Shown here piece after piece: positions 36,401-48,400 of a stretch of 64,000 bases of DNA. The number at the start of each line of letters is the position of its first letter. The first letter of the stretch is position 1. A program made the position numbers and the translations under genes. The stretch spans positions 32,742,437-32,806,436 of the forward strand of contig NC_092672.1 of the NCBI RefSeq assembly GCF_964355755.1. The letters are read 5' to 3'. The notes under the pieces were generated by a model. That model ran no database searches. It saw nothing but the letters and a program-made list of their open reading frames with translations, and was not told the origin of the DNA. This DNA comes from Antedon mediterranea (lineage: Eukaryota > Animalia > Echinodermata).

Positions 36401-39400
36401 AAAAAACAATCGTTACATAAAAATAAACAACATGATGAGTGTATACACGAATCTATTTAGATACGCTTGTATCGATTGATTATTAGGCCTATAATATAGC
36501 ATAATAGCACGTTAAGATATGCCTCGCACCTTTTTGAAATTGTAAACTATATGCCTCGCATGCCTCGCACTTTTGGAAATGATAAAATGATGCCTCGCAC
36601 AAATATTTGGCATGCCACAAATGCCTCGCGTGCCTCGCTGCCTCGCACTTTGTCAACACTCCCAAAAATGCGTTCAACCTGCCTGAGTGACTCCAAGGTC
36701 ACCAATAGTTTAGAATAGGCTTATTGAAGTAGTTATTTTAAAACATAATAATTTTCAATAAAAACAAACTAAAATTTCAAAAGATCACAAAATATATGTT
36801 TTTAATAATCTATTTATTTTTCAACTACAGTTTAAGTTAAAAAAAATCAAGCTAAGATACATAATTTGATAGAAATACAGATCTTTACAGTTTATCAACA
36901 TAGTAGAGTTGAACGCATTTTGGGTTGGCTAGCAACCATGCAGTGCCCTCTATCATTGTGACGTCACACCGTGATACTCTATATATATTATTTTTAGTTG
37001 ACAATCAAATGTGTTAAATCACATAAATGCTAACAATTAAAAAACCACTGGGGCAAAATCTAATACTGTATACCGGTACAAATAATGAATGTTTTATATT
37101 CGTGGAATGGTACAAATAATGGCATGAGGTGAATGATGAAATATAACTTTTCATCATTCACTGAATGACATTATTTGTACCATTCCACGAATATAAAACA
37201 TTCATTATTTGTACCGGAATAGTAGATTTTTCCCCAGTGATTTTTTTAATTTTCTAACGCAATCCGTCAACAACGTCGGCTGGCGACAATTCTCAAAATG
37301 TTTACAAAAAACTGAACGTGCATTAGAGCCGTTCATTATCACCATTAGATATCACTCATTTCGTGAGATAGGGCTAATTCCAAATGACATGTAACAAATA
37401 CAAAGAATGAAAAATCTCTATTTAGTCAGTATGTAACTTTTGAACAGAAACTTGAATGATCTTATTATTGAGTAATTTGTAACTATCATCAGGGTTTAGA
37501 CACGTGTTACCTGGTGTGCCTGATATGATCCAGGATGTTCAAGTTGAAGCTACCTTTCCAGATGGCACCAAATTGGTTACTGTTCATGATCCTATTGCAA
37601 CAGAATTCGGTAACATTCAGAATGCGTTATACGGTAGCTTCTTGCCAATCCCTGAGCAAGATCTGTTTTTACCAAAAGAAACGGTATGCTTATTTATCAT
37701 TGAATATTCATTAAAACAACGGCAAAAAACTACATTCTACATTAATTTTTTAGATAAATGTACTAAACTAGTCATTATTATTATTATTTATTCAGGCAAA
37801 AGATACATTTTACAAAATATAATACAAATCAACAAATTAAACAAACACGATGTAAGAAGAAAATATAAAATCATAGTCACTAGCTGCCAGGAAAGCACAA
37901 AAGCAGCCTAAGCCACTGTCACCAATTAGTCATGCTTTATTACAAGCATTGGTGCTTGTTTGGTTGGTCAACATGTAGAATAAATCCCAGATCCTGGGAT
38001 TAAAGTAAGCCTGTTTAATAGTAAGCTCTTTTTAAATTCAACCAACTGCTGTTGGCTTCAGATTTCCCAATTATGACTCGTCCCCAACCCTTAAAATGTT
38101 TTTTTTTGGTATAACTTCAGAACGTCTCAGCCGACTGGGTCGAGACATCCCTGCCCAAAACGTTCTAGGCCTAAAATATCCCTAATTCATTAACATACTC
38201 AATATACAAAATTGAGATTGGTGAAAAGGCTTGAGATTTTAATTGTGTGGTATGACAGCTTGAGGTTGATTCCGTGGGACATGACATGTACTGTATATAT
38301 GTTGATGATAATAATTTAATTATTTAGGAGACAAATGGACAAGCTGATGCTTTATTAGACGTTCACCCAGGTGAACTATTACACAAAGGTTCAAATGAAC
38401 TAATAGAATTGAATTTTGGACGTCGTTCAGATGTGCTAACAGTCGTCAACACCTGCGATCGTCCCATTCAAATCGGCAGTCACTACCATTTTGTGGAAGC
38501 CAATAGGTATCTTATATTTGATCGGGTTAGAGCGTACGGAATGTCCCTTGTAAGTACATATTTTATGCATTTTAAATTTGAAATAATTTTCATGAAACCC
38601 ATAATTCTACTATATTGTTGTATAATATTCTTCCATATATACTGTAATGCATGCATAATTGATTAGATAAAGAGTCTTCCTGTGAATTGTACTTCATAAT
38701 GTTCTTAAATTTTAACTGAAGTTATGGGTAACTCCTTTTTATACAGAACATAGCTGCAGGAACTGCTGTAAGATTTGAACCAGGAGAATCGAAGAATGTT
38801 TATCTTGTTGAGATTGGTGGAAATAGGTAAATAGAAACCTTTGTACCTTACAACATTCTTCTTTACATGTAAAAATAATTAAAAGTAAGTAGTAGTTACC
38901 TATGTGAAATTGTAAAAGATAAAGAAGATGGTAGATATTCAATTCAACATTTATTTCGACCAAAATCAACATCTCATCTCTCATCTCATCTCTCATCTCA
39001 TAGCCTATTTCACCCACTGCTGTGTGAAGGCCTCCTCCAGCTGTTTCCATTTAGTTCTGTTCCTTGCCGATCTTTCCCATGTTGCCGTTTCCATGTACGT
39101 TGTTATGTCGTCATGCCGTCTTCTTTTTTGCTGTCCTCTTCTTCTTCTCCCTGTCCTCGGCTGCCATTCATTCAATCTCTTCGTCCATCTGTTGTCGTCT
39201 CTTCTGGCTATGTGTCCTGCCCATCTCCATTTCAGTTCTTTGATCTTTACCATGATGTCTTTGACTTTTGTTCTTTTCCGTATCTCACTATGCTTTACTC
39301 TGTCTCGTATTGATAGATTTACCATTTTTCTTTCCATCGCTTTTTGTGTTGTTATCAATTTTTGTTCCATCTCTTTCGTTGTTGCCCATGTCTCTGCCCC

Positions 39401-42400
39401 ATAAACTATAGTTGTTAGAACACATTGATTGTACACCCTGCTTCTTAGTGACATGGGAATGTCTTGGTTGGTCAGGATATGCTTGTGCATCCCGAAGCTT
39501 CTCCAACCTGCTTTTACACGTATTAATATCTCCTCCTCTGTGGTGTTGACCATTTTCAGAGTCTGACCCAGGTATTTGTATTTGTCAACTTTCTCAATCT
39601 GGTGATTGTCTATTGTTATTGTCTCTTGAGTCAACATATATGTATACAAACAAAAAACAACAAAGTATGATTTGGTCGATAGACGACATAAAGACTCAAA
39701 TAAGTCACTGTTGCTTCTCATCATGACACATAATAATTACATAGCGTATGTAAACATAAAAACAATTTTACAATCAATCACAAAAAAAACATTTAAAAAA
39801 AAAAAAAAAAAAAGTTAACAATATGGAACGCATTAAAAGCGCTAAGTTTTTTCAAACTGTTTATGTAGTATATGATTTTGCTAACTGCAGAGTAATTCGT
39901 GGAGGAAACGGAATCGCCGATGGAGTTGTAACTCCAGAAAGACTAAGTTCGATAAAGGAGACACTAGAACAGTTTGGACACAAAAAACAGGTAAGACTAT
40001 TTTCTATCATGCATGTATAAGCATTCATTTTTTGCATTCTGCGTTTTTAACAGTATTTTAACATAGTGTTTTTTAAATTTGATGTATTTTTATTTTTTTT
40101 AGTTTTATTGTCTTAATTATTTTTTATTATTTTAAATGGACCAATAATTAAAAACAATCTTAAATGCATATTATTGGAAACAAAGCTTTAAACAAATTGG
40201 TGATGTTAGAAATGTGAAACATTTTAGCCACAACATCAAACACAACCACTTTTGTAGTATTTTAGAAGCAGCACAATTAAGTGGTGATTATTGTCAATAA
40301 TTTTAAATTAGAATTATTAATTTTTATTCAGGAAGAAATCTTTCAAACAAAGTTTAATTTTATTTCCCCGATGATCTATGCGCAGACGTATGGTCCGACT
40401 ATAGGAGATAAGGTATGTGTTTGATTAGACTCAGTGGCGTAATGCAGAGGCCTGAAGCCCTTAAGTGGCCCTCCAACACTGAAGTACTTGGGGAGTTCTA
40501 GGCTTTTTCAACATTTTTTTTATGAAGAGGGTGGGGAAAGACACAAAGTATTTAAGCCACAGCCCAACCCCCTCCAAGGTGGGACATGTGGCAAATCGAA
40601 TTTAAGTAAATGGCACCCCTACATGGTCGAAAATGGTACTCGCGCACATGAAATTCATAGTCTCACTAGTCTGGTTGGCCTAAAGCCTGTTTAGCCCCGC
40701 CTAATCTGCGCACGTTACTTGTGTGTTGCTCTTTATAAATTCAAAGCCATTATTTTATCTCCTATTTGTGTTATTTTGTCATATCATTTGTAATTATTTG
40801 CTTTATATTATCAGGTTCGACTTGGAGACACAAGTTTGATCATCGAAGTTGAGAAAAACTTTGCAGTGTATGGGGACGAGTGCAAATTTGGTGGTGGCAA
40901 GGTGACTACTTATTAAACCATAGATTAATTAAAATCTAAATTATCGTATAAAATGGAAAGATCTTTAATGTTTTCAATTTCCAACTTAATTTTATCTAAT
41001 TTTAAGATGCACTTTCATTTAAGGTTTTTCGGGAAGGCATGGGCCAAGCAGCACACGTGACTAGTGACGTTGCTTTGGATACGGTCATCACAAATGCTTT
41101 GATAGTGGACGCTGTCACTGGTATTGTAAAAGCTGATGTTGGTATCAAGGTAAAGATATCTTAAAGAGGAACTCCGGTTTAATATATTTGTGTGCACTTT
41201 AAGAATAATATTGAAGTCAAAATTAAATCAATACCAAATACTAGGTCCATTTTTCTAGTATAATAATAATTTCCTATTCAGGGTACCCCCATTCAGGGAA
41301 CACTTTCCATTGAAACGAACGAGGGGAAATATGTTTTTAGCACTATAGCCAACCTTAAGGGGAAATCCCTATTAAGGGGATGCTTTTCCTCAACAATGGA
41401 AAATAGATTCTATTCAAGGGACACCTCTATTTAATGGACATTTATTAAATGTCCGTCTGCGGTGTCCCCTATGGGATTTACTGTATATTATGATTGTTTT
41501 GTTACATTCTGTTACTTGTATTAAATATAATGACTTTATTATTTGTTTAGAATGGATTCATTCATGGAATTGGAAAAGCCGGCAACCCCGACACAATGGA
41601 TGGTGTAAGCCCTGATTTGGTGGTAGGTGTTGGGACAGAGGTCATCGCTGGTGAGGGATTGATACTGACGGCCGGAGCTATTGATTGCCATGTGCATTTC
41701 ATCTGTCCACAGCTTGCTAGAGAGGCGATAGCTTCTGGCATCACAACTATGTTTGGTGGAGGAACAGGTAAACGTAGTTCCCACTAGAGACGCAACCTAC
41801 ACAACGTAACAAACTGCCCTTCCAATGATTGTGTTTCCCCCGCCTGCGTGGTCTGCGTAAAATAAAACATTCGATGTTTGCAGCAATGTTGCGTCAATAC
41901 GTTTCGTTGGTAGTGGGAACCAATAATACTCTTGGTCTTATTATTGATTATTTTGTATTTATAACTGTCTTCACACAAAATTGCCCTTTGAAATTTTGTT
42001 ATGTTATGCTGTGTTATGATAAATATGGCATTGAATCAATGGTCTTTGAATTGAAATCTATGTAAATCATCATATCATTTTCTTTAAGGTCCGGCTACAG
42101 GAACATGCGCAACGACATGCACACCAGGACCGAATCATATCAGAAATATGATTCAAAGTACGGATGTTCTACCATTAAACTTTGGATTCACAGGTGAGAT
42201 TCTTTAAAATAAAGATGCTATTGTTTTATGCTTTATACTTTAAAAGTATTGCTTATACTTACTGTACCCCTCTGTGCAGTAAAGCGTGGTGCCCACTAGA
42301 TACGCAACGTAACGCAATCTACGCAACATGAAGCGTGGTTCCCACTAGCGACGCAACGCTAGGACGTAACGCAATGCAAGTAAATTGACCAATCACAAGC

Positions 42401-45400
42401 GATGGCTTATTCGCTTGTGATTGCTAACTGTCTATAACTTCGCTTGTCATTGGTTAAAACGCTTGCCTTGCGTTTACGTCCTTGCGTTACGTTCTAGTGG
42501 GAACCAAGCTTAAGCAAATGCCCTACTAATAATTGTGTTTGCCCCCGTCTGCGTGAAATCAAACCTCAAATGTTTGCAGCACTATTGCATCGTCTGTTCT
42601 CACTTGTGATTACGCAATACAGCATCTTGCGTCAGTACATCGTTGCGTTGCGTTCTAGTGGGAACCACGCTTTAATATGATGCATATATGAAGAATAATT
42701 ATGTGATTGTTTTTTACTAACCAGATTGATTACAGTATGTATTTCCATTTAATAATATTATAATGTTATTGCTTACTCATTATAGGTAAAGGTAATACGA
42801 GCAGAACAACTGGACCCGTCCCTGAACTGGAGGAACAAATTGAAGCCGGAGCAATTGGGTAAGAATAAAGTAGATACACGTAAATACAGTATTATTGTTA
42901 GTCTACTGGAGTGCTGTACGCGAACATAACGACCTTTCATTTTTTGCCATGTGAATACAAGCTGTTGAGTCAAAAAGTGCATTCTCATATACATAATGAG
43001 CATGCGCAGAATGACTAATGGTTTAATGGTTTTAAATTTATAAAGCGCAAAATACAAATATTATTTATGCGCTGTTTAGCACAAGTGTAAAAATAAAAAA
43101 GTTGATGTGAAATAAACCAGGAAAATCCCTAATAAACCGAATAAATTGACCAAGACAACAACAAAAAAGTCCGAAAACGGAATCTCACATCACCACACTG
43201 TTTCACTAACTTACGTCAAGACAAGCTAGCTATTAGACTCAATAGCTGCGTAGTCATTAAAAGGGTGTAGTAGTGTACATACGTCCTGTCATTTGTGAAC
43301 TTTTTATATTAATTAAAATAAATGGACTTTCTTGGTTCTAGTCTTAAACTACATGAAGACTGGGGATCCACTCCTGCTGCGATTGATACGTGCCTACGCG
43401 TAGCGGAGAAAATGGACGTTCAAGTGATGATTCACACTGACACGCTTAATGAATCCTCCTGTGTAGAGCATACTATTGAAGCATTTAAGGTAATATAAAA
43501 ACACTATCTACAGGGTTTAGAATGGAGAGACTACCATCTGTAGTGTGGTTACATACACTTCTTCATTTAAGCGTGGTTCCCACTAGGACGCAAGGTAACG
43601 CAACTATGTATTGACGCAGTATTGCGTAATTACAAGTGGGAACCGACGACACAACAATGCTGCAAACATCGTAGGTTTGATTTCATGCAGGCGGGAGCAA
43701 ACACAATTATTGGAAGGTCATTTTCTTACGTTGCGTCGCCAATGGAAACCAAGCTTTATAGAGCACTGGGGTAGCACTAACATTTCATTTTGTTTAGCCA
43801 TTTGGCGAAAGTCGAAATATTTTTTTTAGTCAAATCAGTTTATCTATAGCCAAAATGGCTAAAGTCAAATTTTTTTATTTAGCCAAATGAATCGGTCATT
43901 AGCCAAAATTTAAAATTTTTGAAATATAGTGGTAAAAACATTTTAGTCAATTTATCTATGTCAACAGGTCTATACACTGTTCCCTGAACATTTTCGTAAG
44001 GCATTGAGATAAAGAACCATTGGCCGTATTCACCAATCACACTTAAGTGAGATATTTCCCTTAAATCCTAAGGATTTCCCTTAAATCAAGAAAATATTAA
44101 GGGTTTCACTTAAGTGGTATTCACAAAGGGTTTAAGGTTAAGGGAAACCCTTAACTTGGTCTATTTTACCCTTAACTTTTAAGGGACCTCAGAGGTCCCT
44201 TAAAAGTTCCCTTAACTATTCAGTACCTTGGTTGTGCTGACGATTCTGTATGTGCGAGTACTATGCCTACTTGTAGATGGCCCCAGTCCAGGCTAGGTAG
44301 AGATGCTAGGCCCCATGTTGGTCTGCCCACTAACCAGCCTAGGATTCATGTTTGGTTTGAGTAGCATCTAGACCTTTTTTTGCTGATCCCCACCCATACA
44401 AATTAGTCTATGCCTATATATTGATTTATTTTTTTTGTTTTGACTGCCATTATTTTTGTGGAAGATGGCTTCCCATTTTGTTGTAACAGAAATTAGCCCC
44501 ATTCTAGTGTAGGCTAGGTAGAGATGCTAGGCCCCCTGTTAGTCTGCCCAGTAACCAGCCTAGGATGCATATGCCTCAATACAGACAGGTTTAGGCCTAC
44601 ACAGAATGTTGGTTTGTTAGTAGCATCTAGGCTAGACCTATTTTTCTTGATCCTCATACAAATTAGTCTAGGTTTAATATTCATTTGTTTTTGTTTTGAC
44701 TGCCATCGTCTATACATTTTTCTCTTCATCCTCCCCGTCCCCCCAACCCCTTACTCTTTTTTTAAATATGCAAATTAGTTTTAGAGAGGAAAGTGATTGG
44801 ACCATAGGGGAATTTAAATCCTCTGTGATTGGACAATGGGACAACTCATGAATATTTATGATTATTTTTACCCTGAAGTTTTACCCTTACATTAAGTGTT
44901 TCCCTTAGGTAAGTGAATCCCTTAACTCATTTGTGAATACCCCTTAAGTGTTTCCCTTTGTTAAGGGAATTCTTAAATTTTAAGGGTAAGTATTTCCCTT
45001 AGCCTAAGTGAGATTGGTGAATACGGCCACATGCCTAAATCACTGTCACTGTATGATTAAAAAAAAATATTTTTTTTGTATTTTTTTTACATGATCAAAA
45101 CAATTGTTCAAACTGTTTTTAATCATACAGCATTTATACAGTTATCAATTTAATAAGAAACATTTTACAGTTTTCTAAAATCCCCTGAACGCTATGTTAC
45201 TTTTGTTTTTTACGCTTGGCTGGTCATGTTTGCTTGTGACGGCTTAAATTGGGTATGCTCAAGAGGTGCGAAAGTGCAGAACCGCCGGCCTAGGCCTACA
45301 AAATTATGTACAACAACGCAACGGTATATCGTATGCTAAAAATATTGAGGAAAATTCCTAGCAAACGAACACTCGTATTGTTGTTAAACGTAAGATAATA

Positions 45401-48400
45401 TAGGCCAAAGCACAGAGTACACGTCTTTCCATCCCTCAAGGCTGCGCCGAAGCATTTTTGTCAGGGCGAGAAATTTATCCGATTATTATTTATTTACACA
45501 ACAACACAGAAGCCGGCGGCCGGCCCCGCTCAGATGCACGTGTGTGTTTAGCTAAATCCCCGTTAGACTCTACCATTTCCCGCATGTTGTTTTGTTTACA
45601 CTGACGCACGAGGGAAGTTTATTAAGGGTAAAATATGAAACTACATTAAATTGGAAGACTCTAAAATGCATAACGCATACATTTTTGATTTCGATAAGAT
45701 TAAGACGTCATTCATCGAAGATACTATAATGTTTCTTTTTAATCTGAAAAGTACACCCCTATCGAAAAATAGACAATCCCGGTAATTAGCCGACCGTCGG
45801 CTACGTAGTCGATCGTTTGTGCAGCGCACAACACGTGATAGTTTGGGTAGACTTCATCATCCATGTGTCGTGTAACGTCTGTGCAGTCTACCTCTCTCTC
45901 TGCTATCTCCATCTTTTTGAAATAACAAAGAGACGCCTGGTACAACGAAACAAGTTGACGAAAAATGGAGCTTGAAGTAAACAACATGATAACGAACAAA
46001 ATAAATGCTTGGAGATCGACAAATGGACCTTTTAGTTGGACTTTATGCTTTCGCCAAAATGATTATTTAATTATCTATTTTATGATATGTCATCGCCAAA
46101 ATGGCTAAAGTAGCCGTTTTATTTTTCGCCAATCTAGAAACGTTTTCGCCCATGGCGACTTGGCGATCGGCCAGTGCGAGCCTAGGAGCAGACAATTAAA
46201 GCATGTGATTTTGTGAGTGAGTTTTTATCTTGCATAAGTGTAACATTTAATATACGTATGTACTATCTTCAGGGACGTACTATTCACACATACCATTCAG
46301 AAGGAGCTGGTGGTGGCCATGCACCAGATATCATCAAGGTGTGTGGTGAAAAGAATGTGTTGCCATCATCTACCAACCCAACCCGACCCTTTACCAAGAA
46401 TACTATAGATGAACATCTGGATATGCTAATGGTGTGTCATCATTTAGATAAGTAAGTAGGCCCAACATGACCTTTTACCAAGAATACTATAGATGAACAC
46501 CTGGATATGCTAATGGTGTGTCATCATTTAGATAAGTAAGTAGGCCCAACACGACCTTTTACCAAGAATACTATAGATGAACACCTGGATATGCTAATGG
46601 TGTGTCATCATTTAGATAAGTAAGTAGGCCCAACATGACCTTTTACCAAGAATACTATAGATGAACACCTGGATATGCTAATGGTGTGTCATCATTTAGA
46701 TAAGTAAGTAGGCCCAACTCGACATTTTACCAAGAATACTATAGATAAACACCTGGATATGCTAATGATGTGTCAACATTTAGATAAGTAAGTAGGGCCA
46801 ACTCGACATTTTACCAAGAATACTATAGATAAACACCTGGATATGCTAATGATGTTTCATCATTTAGATAAGTAAGTAGGTCCATCTCGACCTTTTACCA
46901 ATAATTCTATAGATGAACACCTGGATATGCTAATGGTGTGTCATCATTTAGATAAGTAAGTAGGCCCAACTTGACCTTTCACATAGATGAACACCTTGAT
47001 ATGCTAATGTATGTCATCATCTAGACAAGTAAGTAGAAGGTAGGTGGGGCCGATGCGACCCTTTACCAATAATAATATTATATACCATTTAGATAAGTAA
47101 GTAGAATATGTATTATTGTATTGTTTCGAAATTACATTCAAGCTACTTTTGTTTAATTCGCATTAGGAATTTAAAGGAGGATGTAGCATTTGCTGAGTCC
47201 AGAATCAGAGCAGAAACAATCGCAGCTGAAGACATTCTACATGACATGGGTGCAATTAGCATGATTTCGTCTGATTCGCAGGTAAAGTTTTACAAAGAAA
47301 CAAACGGAGTTCTTATGTGTCATCTACAGTAGTTTAAGTGCTAAAGCTCTGTCTACTATCAAATTTTATGTGTGACAAAGAAATGTGATGTGCCCATAAT
47401 ATGAACACGATGATGTCATATCACTACCATTTTAAGCATATCACTACCGTATTTGGGCACATCACACTTTTGTTGTCAAATTAGTTTGATAAGTGTAGAC
47501 AGATCTTAAAACTGAACCGTACTACTTTGTGAAAGTTAGAAAACTTAAACCACTCCTTGGCAATATAATCTGTGTTAATATGATTTGTTTTTGTTGTTTA
47601 TGGTGATCGTATATAGGCAATGGGTAGGATTGGTGAAGTGATCGGGCGAACTTGGCAAACTGCAGATAAGATGAAAATATTTCGAAAAAGACTCAACGAG
47701 GAAACTGTAAGTTCAGTAGAATCTCTCCTTTCTGTACACCGCATATTATAGATAAACTTTGTTGTGTACCCTTAGGGGTTAACTGTAAATGTTATAATAA
47801 TGTACTTTTGTTTTAATAGTCTATATGAAAATACAATTAAGTATTTCTTTATTCAATTGTCTTTGTAGGGTGATAATGACAACTACAGAGTAAAGCGATA
47901 TATTGCCAAATATACCATTAACCCAGCTATTGGACATGGTATGAGCCATCTGATTGGTTCAGTTGAGGTAGGCCTAAATAAATACTTACTTTTTATGTTG
48001 TCTTTTATGTGAAGATTTTGTACCTGTGATCACCAAACATACTAAAGTGATATATTCCTTTAAAGATGCATTGTCCCCCAAAAACATGAAAAACTGAAAA
48101 TTAAATCAGACTTTGAATAGGTTATTTTGTAGTTTTAGTAAAGTGAATCACTTCCGTAGGGCAGTTTTTTTTAGATAAATAAATTTGGATAAAGATCCAA
48201 TTTTTCGTCAAAGTGGATAACTATTAAGTGACATTAAAATTCATATTCAACAAAAAAAAGTAAACAATTAATTTTCAGGAGGACAATACATCTTTAATAA
48301 ACACTTTACGTAAGATATGTCTTTATGTCATTACCAGTTTTTTTCACTAATAGCTAGCTGTTTAAATGTTAAGTGTTTCCCTTAGCCTAGTGTGAATACA

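Noticed and set aside
46375-47104. CRISPR-like regular array
   Set aside because: Whole units repeat with no unique spacers; unit is exon-derived; eukaryotic context with no cas genes
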